Of a DNA stretch of 64,000 nucleotides, positions 1-12,300 are shown one piece after another. The DNA comes from Octopus sinensis. Lineage: Eukaryota. A program made the translations under genes and the position numbers. The DNA lies in assembly GCF_006345805.1 (NCBI RefSeq), contig NC_042999.1, positions 109,244,001 to 109,308,000 on the forward strand, read 5' to 3'. Below the pieces are notes generated by a model that saw only the letters and a program-made list of their open reading frames with translations, was not told the origin of the DNA and did no database searches. Position 1 is the stretch's first letter; each line of letters begins with the position of its first letter.

Positions 1-25
1 ATGATGCCACATATTTTTCTTGTCT

Positions 26-300
26 ATCATCATCATCATCATCATTTAACGTCTGTTTTCCATTCTGGCATGGGTTGGATTATTTGACTGAGATCTGAAA
101 AGCCAACAACTGCACCAGGCTCCAATCTGACCTGGCAATATTTCTACAGCTGGATGCCTTTCCTAACACCAACCACTCCGAGAGTGTAGTGGGCACTTTT
201 TACGTGTCTCTAGCACAGGAGCCAATCAGGTGGGCCTGGCATCAATCACATTTGGATAGTGCTTTTTACATGCCACCAAAGAATGTCCAGTCTGTTATGT
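26..300 (-). mobile_element. 3' tail of RTE family 2 LINE or RTE-tailed SINE ending in (GAT)n
   Basis: (CAT)n-tttaacgtctgttttcc...ctacagctggatgcc...ccaaccactccgagagtgtagtggg; the same tail follows RT-C-terminal ORF remnants at 22.4-23.4 kb. Confidence 0.8.
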
Positions 301-504
301 TTGACAGATATTTTGATGGGAATGCTCCATTAGTATTCCTTGTGTTGATGTTTGTATATGTATTCAATAACAGAATTCTCTATATCTATTCCAAGAAAGT
401 CTATTTTCTGAATGGCATTGTGCATTGTTTTTCCCACAATGTTGTGTCACTTAGGGAGATAGTACCTTGATGACATTTTTGGGCAGCCACTAATCACATG
501 TGTG

Positions 505-790
505 ATGTCTTTCACAAGAACTTGAGGCTTTATGCATATAAAGTGCAACTTTTTCAAGCACTTCAGCCAGATGACAAACCTCAAAGGTAACAATTTGCAG
601 TGCACATGTTAACTTGAATAGATGAAGATGAAGGTGTCCTTCAAAAAGTTTGTTTCAGTGATATAGCAAAATTTCATGTATCAAGAATGTTAAATATGCA
701 CAATATCAGGATTTGGGGTTTGGAAAACCCACTCAAAGCAAGAGGACTGGAGAGAAACCGTCAAAAAGTTAATGACTGGTGTATCCTCAT
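505..790 (+). pseudogene. Tc1/mariner transposase fragment
   Basis: Manual translation VFHKNLRLYAYKVQLFQALQPDDKPQR*QFAVHMLT*IDEDEGVLQKVCFSDIAKFHVSRMLNMHNIRIWGLENP matches the FSDEA.FH..G.VN.HN.RIWG.ENP transposase motif; has stops. Confidence 0.8.
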
Positions 791-1368
791 GTTTGATTGA
801 TTGATTCTATTCTTCATAAAAGAATAAAAATAAATAACACTACTTGAATGATGGTGGTGCAATTCCCTGCAACCAGTCTGTATCAACTGTTCCTCTTTCT
901 TGAAACAGCTGTAAGGGACTACCTGAACATCTTCCTCCTTCTTTTCATCTAGCTCTGAATTTTGTTAACCTATGATGACCTGCCTTAAATATATCTATTA
1001 TATTCAAGGTAATTATTCTACTGTTAACCTACTATCTAAGATCAATAATATGAACTTACCTAAGTTTACTAGCATATATCACAACCATTATGAACATTCC
1101 TCAACTGATCATTTATTGATCTCTTGTGATCTAAAATCCTGAAACATTCTTTTCTACATTCAAGTTGTATTAATGTATAAGCATATCAGCATCATATTTT
1201 GACTACATACTAGTTGTTTACCCATCTTTCTCTTTATTCTATTATACATGTACCAACTCGATTTAAATGCTGCCAATCTTCGTTTAGGCATCTACAACAT
1301 TCTTGCATTTTTAGTTGCAGCCCAAGTTGTAGTTTAGTCAAAAAGTCATCCTAAATCAAATGTATTTA

Positions 1369-1933
1369 TTGGGTTGTCCGGAAAGTTCATGCTGATTTTT
1401 AAAGGGAAGGAAAAGGTCAATAAATACTTGCCATTACATCTTTAATCAACCAGATATAAACCATTTTGTCGCACAATGTGTCTCCATCTTTCCTTTAACT
1501 TGAAAATACCCTCTTCCCAGAATTGAGGTGGTTTCATGGCAAAGAATTCATCAAAGTATCTTTTTACGTCATCCAAGGAATTGAAATTTTTACCATTAAG
1601 ACTATTCTGCAGAGACCTGAATAAGTGGAAATCCAAAGGAGCAATATTGGTGAATATGGAGGGTTGGGTAACACATCCCAGCTGAGCCGCGGCAATTTTT
1701 GTCTGGTTCCCAAAGCATCAAGTGCCGAAAATGAACTTTCTTATCTTTCATTTTAAAGAGTTACAAAATTAACACAGGTTATAGGAATATAAACCTTCTT
1801 CCATGAAAAGATAGCTTAAACTGTGCTCTAAATGGAGGTGTAATCAAATCCTATTTTATGGACTCAACCATGTTCTAAAATAAGTCGAAAGGTAAGCTTC
1901 TATAAATTGGCATGAACTTTCCGGACAACCTCA
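1369..1933 (-). mobile_element. Non-autonomous mariner (internal-deletion derivative), copy 1
   Basis: TIRs ttgggttgtccggaaagttc / gaactttccggacaacctca, TA on both sides; ORF 1442-1636 is a mariner transposase C-terminus (DFHLFRSLQNSLNG...ERWRHIVRQNG). Confidence 0.93.
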
Positions 1934-2060
1934 TACTTATTATCTTACATCATCATATGTATTATTACCTAAAATTTGTGTATATGAATGTTTGTGTCTG
2001 TGTGTGCATGTGTGTGTATGAGGGACTATCTATGACTGCATGTGTGTATCTGTGCATATA

Positions 2061-2600
2061 GGCACAGGTGTGGCTGTGTGGTTACCCTCTCCTACTTAAA
2101 GAAAATAGCATACAACGAGTAAAAGAGATACCTATAGAACAACTTATTGCAGCATGAAAAATACAAACCGATCAAAGGAACACAATACCATTTCTAGAAC
2201 ATTTCTAGTTGCTTTCCAACCTCAATGTTCCAGATTCAGTCTCACTGTATGACACTTTGGGCAAGTGTCTTCTATTATAACCTTGGGCTGACCAAACCCT
2301 TATGATGGATCTGTTAGATGGAAACTGAAAGAAGCATGTTGTATATATGCCTATATACATACATACATACATACATACACACATGCATATATATGTGTGA
2401 GTGTTTTGTGTCTGTGTTTGCCCTTCACCACCTCTTGATCACTTGTGTTGATGTGTTTATGTCCCTGTGACTCAGCAGTTAGGCAAAAGAGACCAATAAA
2501 TACTAGGCTTTAAAAAAAATGTCTTGAGGTTAGTTCATTCAAATAATAGATTCTGTCAGGTGGTGCCCCAGCTTGGCCACAGTCTGATGACTGAAGCAAG
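2061..2600 (+). mobile_element. SINE family A, interrupted by a ~130 bp insert after the head
   Basis: Head ggcacaggtgtggctgtgtgg, CORE-like ttgggcaagtgtcttcta, internal (TA/CA)n, tail ggtgccccagc..ggccacagtc..atgactgaa. Confidence 0.75.
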
Positions 2601-2989
2601 TAAAAAATAAAAGAGATATGTTTACATTTATAAATGTGAAAAAAATTTTAAATAATACCTTAGCTTTGTAAAGGTGTGAAACCTAGCTGAAAACATAGGT
2701 TTGTCAAATGTTAAATACATAACATATGTAATAGCTTACATTTGTGTTTAGAGCAAAATAAACTCCCTCTCATAACTAACATATCTTACTATCATTTGGT
2801 GTGTATCTTGGAAGTGATCTAAAGCAAAAACAAAAAATAAATGTTAAAAAAATAATGTTATATTACATTTTCTTATTTGGTCTATGAATCGTTATTTTTT
2901 TTTACAATATTAGATTTAAAATGTAAGCCCATAGCAATATTTCAGATTCATAAATTGAAATTGGTAATATTACATTTCAAAACAAAATA

Positions 2990-3032
2990 TCAATGGCAAA
3001 ACGTACACACACATGCACACACTCACACACAT

Positions 3033-3076
<44 letters not shown>

Positions 3077-3198
3077 TCAGACACACACACATACACACAC
3101 ACAGACACACACACACACAAATATACAAATGCACACAAACACACACAAACGTACACACACACACATACAAATATACAGATGCATGCACATACACACAT

Positions 3199-3245
<47 letters not shown>

Positions 3246-3480
3246 TATGCATATACATATGTGTGTGTGTGTGTAATGAAAGTATTTGTGTCACTTAAAA
3301 GTGTTAGACTTACTGAATCCTTTATTTGGTTAATGTTTTATGCATATAAAACACATACTTTTTCAAGTAAGCCTCACCCATCCCAGCCACACACATTACA
3401 CATACACGCATACACAAACACATGCACACACATATATATATACAAGCACACACACACACACATACACACACACACAAAGT
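2990..3480. repeat. (CA)n/(TG)n compound microsatellite field
   Basis: Visible directly; source of the His/Thr and Cys/Val pseudo-ORFs. Confidence 0.95.
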
Positions 3481-3894
3481 TAAAATTTACAGAAAACAAA
3501 GGATGAAGACAGGTGAAGGAACAACAACAGGAAGAATGGAAAAGCCTTTGATGTTTTGAGCTTATGCTCTTCAACAGAGAAGATTGAGAGGAAAAACAGA
3601 GAAAATAAAATGGAGAGAGAACGAAAAAATCTGAGAGAGAAAAAAACGTGTAAGGATTAATGGCCCAACATGATGAAATGTATGCATGTATGTATGGACA
3701 GTTTTAACCCTTGAGAGCATGAAAAAGAGATGTTAAATGATGATGATGATGATAATAAATAGTCATTGGAATACATTTATATTCATGAATAATATAATGA
3801 AATATTTATTGTTATCAAAATTAGCAGGTCACAAGCATATTAAAATATGACATTTCAAATTACTCCTCTTGTTCTAAACAAAGCCTAAAATATT

Positions 3895-4100
3895 GATTTC
3901 AAATTTTGGCACAAGGCCAGCAATTTCAGGGGAGGGGTAAGTCAATTACATCGACCCCAGTGCTCAACTGGCACTTGTTTTATTGACCCTGAAATGATGA
4001 AATGCAAAGTCGACCTAAGCAAAATTTGAACTCAGAATGTGAAGACATACAGAATGTTGTTATGCATTTTGCCCAGCATGCTAATGCTTCTGCCAGCTCA
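3895..4100 (-). mobile_element. SINE family B (decayed)
   Basis: Reverse complement of gagctggcagaa..ttagca...ttctgagttcaaatt..aggtcgactttgc..ttcat...ggggtcgatgtaat. Confidence 0.8.
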
Positions 4101-4149
4101 CTGCCCTAACAAAGCTGAAGATATTGCCTGTAAAATTTTTATGTAAATC

Positions 4150-4977
4150 ACAAAATTGTAATAATCACCATATATACATACACACTTTACTCCACACAAG
4201 GACACATATGGAGACACGGGTCTACACATATAGAAATGCACATCCATACATACAAACATGGTACATAGTTGCAAAATACACACACACACACACACACAGA
4301 CATGCACACACAAGCAGACAGAGGTGCATACATATACAGACACATGCTCACACACACACATACATAGAAAATACACAAACATGGACATGCAAGCACATGA
4401 ATATGCAGAATACATACACAAAGATGCATGTACATACATACATATGCATACACACACATATATACATACACACATGCATACATACATGCATACATACGTA
4501 CATACACACATACATACATACATACATGCATAGGCACACACACACACTGACCCTCACACATGCACCCAAACAAACAAAAAGGAACGCAGTGTAAATAATG
4601 GATAGAGTCAAGACTATTGAAAAGGTTGCAAGATACAACGAAAATTTTAGGAAAATAAAAATAAGAAATAAGTGGAAATTTTACCGGTGAGTGTGTTAAA
4701 TTATAAGGCACAAAAAGAAAATGACTCTCCCCAGACACAACAGAAAATGCTTCAACACACGAACTCATATAAAGAATCTTGCAAACCAAATCCAAAAACG
4801 ATATATATATATGAGCGTTATACTAATACATCTGTTTGTTTTGTACACCACCTGTCTTTGTCTTTTGTTTTTTTCGTAAACTCTCTCCCTATGAATATGT
4901 ATATATTTATTTATATACATGTATATATATACGTATGTACATATATATTTATATACATACAGACACACACGCGGGCG

Positions 4978-5010
<33 letters not shown>

Positions 5011-5170
5011 GTATGTATATATAAAGAGACAGATAGACACTGAGAATAAAATTTAAATGGTTTAATTAGGTAAACTGAAGTGATCCAAAAGTGCTTCCCT
5101 TATGAAATAGTAAATCTGGTTCAACTAAGCTGTAATTAATAACTATCTGAAATGACATTATTAATCATGT

Positions 5171-5208
<38 letters not shown>

Positions 5209-5270
5209 ATATGTGCTTGTGCATATGTGCATGTGTTTGTGTGTATGTGTGTGTGTATAAGTGTGCACAT
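4150..5270. repeat. (CA)n/(TACA)n/(TA)n/(TG)n microsatellite fields
   Basis: Visible directly. Confidence 0.9.
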
Positions 5271-5579
5271 ATAATGAAAAAAATTCTGGTTTTGTGATTA
5301 ACCTTTTATTTTGCATAATTATTTTAACCATGATTATTCCATTCCATAAACAACATTGCCATAAGAATTTCCTCGGAGAATTTGTGAACTTATTTACTTC
5401 AATTAATAATTACTGAAGAGATTTTATGCAACTTTTAATACAGCTATCATTATAGTGAACTAAATATATTTCTTTATTATATTCAAGGAAATTATTTTAC
5501 TATTAAAAATTACAGATTAATCTTTTATCATGACAAAACGTATAATTCTTTGGTATTGGTTATTTGAATTATTAGTTAA

Positions 5580-5822
5580 AAGAAACCATCATCACCACCA
5601 CCATCACCGCTACAACCATCCTCCTCCTCCTCTTCCTTGTTCTCCTCCTCATCATCATCATCACCCCCTCTCATCATCATTATCATCATCATCATCTTCG
5701 TCACCATCTTTGTCAACATCTTCGTCATCATCGTCATCGTCATGATTATCCTCCTCATTTTTATTGTTGCTGTCGCTACCATCACTGCTACTTCCTCAGC
5801 GACCATCATCATTATTATTACA
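5580..5822. repeat. (CAT)n/(CCT)n trinucleotide low-complexity tract
   Basis: Visible directly. Confidence 0.9.
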
Positions 5823-5862
5823 ATTGAACAGGACAGATACAGTTATAAGCATAACTTCCAGT

Positions 5863-6200
5863 AAGGTGGATGGCTTAGTGGTTAGGGAGTTTGGCTCACG
5901 ATTGTAAGGTCCTGAGTTCAATTCCCAGCAGCACATTGTATTCTTGAGCAAGACACTTTATTTCATGTTACTCCAGTCCACTCAGCTGGCAAAAATGAGT
6001 TGTACCTGTATTTCAAAGGGCTAGCTTTGTTACACTCTCTGTCATGCTGAATCTTCTTGAGAACTACGTTAAGGATACACATGTTTGTGGAGTGCTCAAC
6101 CTCAGGCATGTTAATTTCATGAACAGCTGTTAATTTCCAATCAACTGCTCTGTTGATCTCATCAATCGGAACCCTCATCGTCATAACCGACAGAGTTCCA
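5863..6200 (+). mobile_element. SINE family C (tRNA head + CORE-like domain)
   Basis: A-box tggcttagtggttag, B-box gagttcaattccc, gtattcttgagcaagacactttatttca...cactcagctggcaaaaatgagt. Confidence 0.8.
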
Positions 6201-6299
6201 GTACCTCCAGTAACAATAACAACAACAACACATATTTTCTTGATATTGTGAATTATAAAAGTTACTACACACAGATCTATGCAAAAAAACATATGTGAG

Positions 6300-7080
6300 T
6301 GTATCTTGCTTGGGGAATGTGATTAAGAAAGGGCAAAAGTACTGGGAATGGTAAAAACTTGTGGGATTGTCTGCATTACTGTCAGAACTGAAGAATCAGT
6401 AAAAACGCAGGTTGAAATAGTTGGGAATGCATCACCTGGTATCTGGGTGATGTACTCCAGTATCTGGGACAAAGAACTACAATGGTGTCAATGGGGATGA
6501 TTTGGACCCTTGACTCTCAATTACTTATGTATCACAGTATTGATGGGTAGTTATTGCTGGGTTGACAAAAGGCAACATATGATCAAGAGAGATCAAAATG
6601 GATTTGCAAGTCTCAATGATCCCTGAAAGCCAAATGCCACACAAAACTGTGCACAGTGAAGAGCACTGAGACTGGTGGTGCAAGGCAAAAAGTGTATTTG
6701 TTATACATGTATGGGTGGTAGTTATTTGAAGATTTTATGCCTTGATGGACATTAAAAGCTAGAAAAGTGGGAAAAAGAAGAAGTAATGTAGGGCAGTTGA
6801 GGCAGTAATGAGGTTAGTTGGCCCCCAGTGTTTGGTGAAATATAGTCACAGCTTCAGAAATGGCCATGAAGTCTACAAGTAAGCATATAAGCTCCAATCC
6901 CACTTCCAACACAGTCACTTTGTCTTTTTATGAGGAAGGAGAGATAATAACTGCAGAAGAAAGGTTTGAATTACTAGGAGAAAACAAAAGGAAAGAGGAG
7001 ATAGAATTCACAACAACCCCCGCCAATGCCAAAAACATGCGAGGACAATCACTTTTCTGGAAACAGCAAAATGCCTCCTC
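6300..7080 (-). pseudogene. Possible highly decayed APE-type LINE endonuclease region
   Basis: Weak resemblance in manual translation (QIPGDAFPTISTCVFTDSS) to the remnants at 24-25 kb and 42 kb. Confidence 0.3.
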
Positions 7081-7202
7081 TCAGAACTATATATATATAT
7101 ATATATATAAAATAGAGAGAGAGAGAGAGAAAGACCAAAGTGTGCATATGCCACTATATATATATAGAGAGAGAGAAAGAGAGAGAGAGATGCAGCACGA
7201 AG

Positions 7203-7235
<33 letters not shown>

Positions 7236-7356
7236 ACAATTTAGATTCAAATGAATATGGCATTTAATTTAGATGCACCAGAATTTTTTATGGTTTTACC
7301 CATAAAAATATGCGGGGTGATTATAATCAAAAATAAGCAACAAGAATGAATCCGGT

Positions 7357-7447
7357 AATTTAGTACAATTGTTTCATACTACAACATTTTATTAAAAGCT
7401 GTAAATATTACAGCAGATTAAGATGCTGAGTAATCTTCAGCTAATTT
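7357..7447 (-). ncRNA. Type I hammerhead ribozyme motif, Penelope-like (palindromic stem III)
   Basis: Minus strand: AAAUUAG-CUGAAGA-U-UACU..AGCAU..[GCUGUAA/UUACAGC hairpin]..AUGUU..AGUA-U-GAAA-CAAUUG-UA|CUAAAUU; complete CUGANGA/GAAA/GUA core and all three stems can form. Confidence 0.7.
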
Positions 7448-7449
7448 CA

Positions 7450-8440
7450 TATAGGTTTTCCAATAATATAAAGTTCTCAAATCAATTAATAACATCTTAG
7501 GGAAGGTAAATATACAGGTAAAGATGTAGATATGAATCTTAGGAACATGAGGTAGTGTAGTTTAGATGCCAACTGAACAAAACCTTGTTTACAACTGACA
7601 GTTGTAAGAAAATTTCTTTAGTTATAAGGATAGGGGTAAGGGCAGGTCAAGGATTCAAGTTAGTTGAAGAAAAGAAGAGGAAAATTCAGATGTAAAAGAA
7701 GAACAGATTGTCACTAGAACAAAGGGTCAATTTATTTATGTGGTGACAAAAAAATTTAGGTCAGTGTAGAAAGATCATTAAATTCTATGGAACATATCAG
7801 GTAGTAGGTCAGCTACTAAACTGACCAAACCCTACTTTCAACTGAAAGCCATCAGAATTTTTTAGTAGGAATTTAGGTAAGGGGATGTGATATATAAAAT
7901 TACAAAACAGGACAAGAATGCAAAACATCCAGACAGGTAGGTGATACAAGAAAGGGACAACAAAGTGATACAAAGAAAACAAGGATGGGTCATTTGGAGT
8001 TTTCTTTCCTCAGTTGAGTTCCAGATTATCTTTGCAATTTCAGCTGGTTATACTCGAGATTGCTCCAATCTGGCCAGCTCCAAGGAAAAACGAACCTAAG
8101 AGCATTAGATTCCTTGGAAGAAAGCAGCAAATGTATATGAAAACAAGGACAGAAAATAACGGGGAAAGTTACACAAAAACAAACAACAGGTGTCTTTCGA
8201 CTAAGGATGAATTAAATTAAGCTGGTGTGTGTGGAAGTAAAGCCTTACAGCAGGGTTACAAGATTTCACAGGCACAGGGAAAAATATAGATGTTGCACGG
8301 ACTGTGGCTGAACCAAGAAAGAAAGGTCAGGCTTGGCCGAACATCGGTCATGTGGCTCCCCATGTGACCGGTGTATCATGTTTGTATCATCTATCTGGAT
8401 GTTTTGCATTCTTGTCCCATCTCATTTTGTATTTTAATAT
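7450..8440. mobile_element. Decayed Penelope-like (pLTR-type) remnant with inverted repeats
   Basis: Adjacent to the hammerhead; perfect 24 bp inverted repeat at 7910-7933 / 8394-8417; no recognisable RT or GIY-YIG ORF. Confidence 0.4.
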
Positions 8441-8483
8441 ATATATATATATATAGATAGATATAGATATGTATATGTATGTG

Positions 8484-8519
<36 letters not shown>

Positions 8520-8600
8520 ATATATATATATATATTATATATACACACACACACACACATGTATTTTGCTTGTTATTTACTTTTAAATTTCACCTTAATA

Positions 8601-9155
8601 TTGGGTTGTCCGGAAAGTTCATGCCGATTTATAGTAGCTTTCCTTTAGAACATGGTTGAGTCCATAAAATAGGATTCAACTACACTTCCATTTAGAGCAC
8701 AGTTTAAGCTACATTTTCATGGATGAAGATTTATGTTCCTATAACCTTTGTTAATTCTGTAACCCTTTAAAATGGAAAATAAGAAAGTTCATTTTCGACA
8801 CTTGATGCTTTGGGAACCAGACAAAAATTGTTGCAGCTCGACTGGGATGTGTTACCCCACCCTCTATATTCACCAGATATTGCTCCTTCGGATTTCCAAT
8901 TATTCAGGTCTCTGCAGAATAGTCTTAATGGTAAAAATTTCAATTCCTTGGATGACGTAAAAAGATACCTTGATGAATTCTTTGCCATGAAACCACCTCA
9001 ATTCTGAGAAGAGAGTATTTTCAAGTTAAAGGAAAGATGGAGATGCATCGTGCAACAAAATGGTTCATATTTAGTTGATTAAAAATGTAATGGCAAGTAT
9101 TTATTGAACTTTTTCTTTCCTTTAAAAATCAGAACGAACTTTCCGGACAACCCAA
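8601..9155 (+). mobile_element. Non-autonomous mariner (internal-deletion derivative), copy 2
   Basis: TIRs ttgggttgtccggaaagttc / gaactttccggacaacccaa, TA TSD; N-terminus MENKKVHFRHLML fused to the C-terminal part carrying the YSPDIAPSD motif. Confidence 0.95.
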
Positions 9156-9344
9156 TAATTTAACCTACATCATCATCTTCTGTGGCCAAAAAAAAAAAAA
9201 CATCATTGTTGTTTTCATCATCATCATCACCACCAGCACCACCTCCACCTCTGCTGCCACTGCAACTTCCACCAGTGCTACCACCACCACCACCACCATT
9301 GTTATCATTATTCTCATGATCACTATAGTTTCTTATCAATCAAT

Positions 9345-12300
9345 TGTGTCAGGTCTCCGCTTGGAGCTACTGGTAACATGTAACCCAGTACAACCTGTTA
9401 CATGGTCGGGTCGTTGGTGACTAAACTGGCAACCCCACCAAGATTTCTTGGTGAGGAGGGTGATTTGGACACCCAGCAGGACTAAAAACAAAACCTGTCA
9501 AAGGGCAGAGGAACTCTCTCATGAGTCAATGGCCATCCAAAATCCGGAGTGGAGCCCCTAAGGCGGTTGGATTGCGCCATGCGTGCCACCTTCCGGCAGC
9601 TCCTGCATCTTGGTCTACCCCAGTCGTCTTGACTTTGTCTTGCCACTGGATCCGGCGCACCAGGACGAGAGAGTGAGGCTGATCCTGCGCAAGTCACCCT
9701 CACTATAATCCAAGTCACGCGCATGTCACGACATCATGACGCCATGACACCATCCCAAAGTCCTGTGGCAATGGGGAAACGGCGAAGTAGCAGGTGAGGA
9801 TACACTGGGAGCTGCAGTCGTGAACCCACACACAGGCGGCTCAGGACATGTGGTCGCCCCTCACTGAACTGAGGCAGCAGTGGAGTCCGGCAGCCTCCTG
9901 AGTGACCGAGCAGCCCTCTTCAGGATCGCTCTGCTCGCCTCCCCAGCATGAGGACGGGGCTAGAAAAGGTTGCCCTAAACATAGCCTGCCTCACCTCACC
10001 CTGGTCAGCAAACCGCGGCTGGCGGGGATCCTTTCCAAGCGGTCGAAACAAAGAAAGAAGAAAACAAACAAAGGTGCTCACTTTCGCAACTTGGAACGTG
10101 AGAACTCTGCTTGATAACACCAAAGCGGACAGACCAGAGAGACGAACTGCCCTGGTGGCCAGAGAACTGAGCCGATACAGTGTCGATATTGCAGCACTGA
10201 GCGAGACCCGCCTTGCGGACAAAGGCCAGCTGACAGAGACAGGCGGCGGCTACACTTTCTTTTGGAGTGGTCGCAGCAGCGAAGAGCGTCGTGAGGCTGG
10301 TGTTGGTTTTGCCATTAAGTCAGTACACGTGCGGAAACTGGAAAGCCCCCCCGAGGGTATCAACGATCGGCTGATGAAGATGCAGCTCCCACTTGGAAAC
10401 AAGACTAGTGCGACCATCATCAGTGCTTACGCCCCCACCATGACCAACCCTGAAGAAGTTAAGGACAGGTTCTATGAGGAACTCGACTCCCTTATCACGT
10501 CAGCCCAGCCTGGGAAGCTCATCCTCCTTGGGGATTTTAACGCCCGTGTCGGGACTGACCACCAAGCCTGGCATCGCGTACTGGGAAAGCAAGGAATCGG
10601 AAAGTGCAACAGCAACGGACAGCTCCTCCTGCGTGCGTGTGCCTCTCATGATCTTACCATCGCCAACACCTTGTTCCGTCTGCCAACACGCAACAAGACA
10701 TCATGGATGCATCCACGCTCCAAACACTGGCATCTGATAGATTACGTCATCGTCAGGGCGAAAGACAGGCGGGACGTGAGACTGGTCAAAGCCATGTGCG
10801 GAGCTGACTGCTGGACGGACCATCGCCTCATCATCTCCAGGATGGATTTCTACATCCGACCTAAGAGAAGACCACAGGGTCAGAAAGTGACGAGGAAGCT
10901 TAACATCACGAAATTAAGGAACCAGCTGACTGCACAAGATCTCCAGTCACGTATGGACAGTAAGCTGTTGGACATTCGGAGTGACCAGTCCAGCATCGAT
11001 GAGCAGTGGGAATCATTCAGGGACACGGTTCATTCCATCGCCCTTGAAACTCTGGGCCAAATTACGAGGAACCACCAGGACTGGTTCGACGAAAACGACC
11101 AGGAAATCCAAAAGCTCCTGGAAGAGAAACGCCGTCTGCTGCGGGCTCACCAAAATGACACCACCTGCACGGCAAAGAAGGCCGCTTTCAACAACATTCG
11201 CAGCACAGTCCAGGCTAAACTCCGCCTCATGCAAGATGCATGGTTAAGCGCCAAGGTGATGAGATTCAGGGATACGCAGACAAACACGACACCAAAAAAT
11301 TCTACGAGGCGCTGAAAGCTGTCTATGGACCGCAGTTCTCCTTGGATCAACCCCCCTGCTCAGCTCAGATGGAACCTCACTCCTGACTAACAAGAGGCTG
11401 ATCCTGGAGAGATGGGCGGAGCACTTCAACATTGTGCTCAACCGACCAGCCCAGATCAACGAGGAAGCCATCGCACGACTCCCCCAGGTGCCGACAAACC
11501 ACGAGTTGGCTGTTCCCCCTGCAGTCGGGGAAGTGAGCAGAGCCATCAAAAAAATGTCCACCGGCAAAGCTCCAGGCTCTGACGCCATCCCTGCAGAGGT
11601 GTTCAAGTCGGGAGGCCCCACCATGATCAGTCAGCTCACCAGCCTGTTCCAGTCGATGTGGGACAGGGAACAACTCCCTCAAGATTTCCGGGATGCAACA
11701 ATCGTCCACATTTATAAGCGGAAAGGAGATCGGCAGTCCTGCGACAACCACCGAGGTATTCCCTCTTGTCCATAGCAGGCAAGATCCTGGCCCGGGTCCT
11801 GCTTGACCGCCTTCTGGAACACTTGGAGCAAGGCCTTCTCCCTGAGAGCCAGTGTGGCTTCCGTGCGGGTCGAGGGACCACTGACATGATATTCGCCGCC
11901 CGCCAGCTCCAGGAGAATGCATGGAGCAGCACCTTGACCTCTGCATGACCTTTGTTGACCTCACCAAGGCCTTTGATACAGTCAGTCGGGAGGGACTATG
12001 GAAGGTCATGGGAAAATTTGGTTGCCCCAGCAAATTTATTGCAATTGTCCGCCAGTTCCACGACGGAATGACAGCCAGAATCCTTGAACGGCGACTCATC
12101 TGAAGCCTTCCAGGTGACCAACGGAGTCAGGCAGGGCTGTGTCCTGGCCCCAACACTGTTCAGCATCATGTTCTCGGCAATGATGTCCGACGCCTTTAGG
12201 GACTGCAAGTCCGGTATCAACATCAAGTACAGGACAGACGGGAAACTTTTCAACTCCAGGAGATTGCAGGCTGTCACAAAGGTGAGGGAGACAGTCGTCA

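Noticed and set aside
2877-5043. Long His/Thr- and Cys/Val-rich ORFs (also at 33.7, 47-49.9 kb and elsewhere)
   Set aside because: Translations of (CA)n/(TG)n microsatellites, which contain no stops; no coding evidence
8772-9081. SETMAR-like host gene
   Set aside because: No SET domain; sits within TIRs and a TA TSD and is internally deleted
9690-9795. GGCGAAGTAGCAGG resembling an HDV ribozyme J4/2-P2
   Set aside because: No matching P3/L3 (UCCNCG) or P1 found by eye
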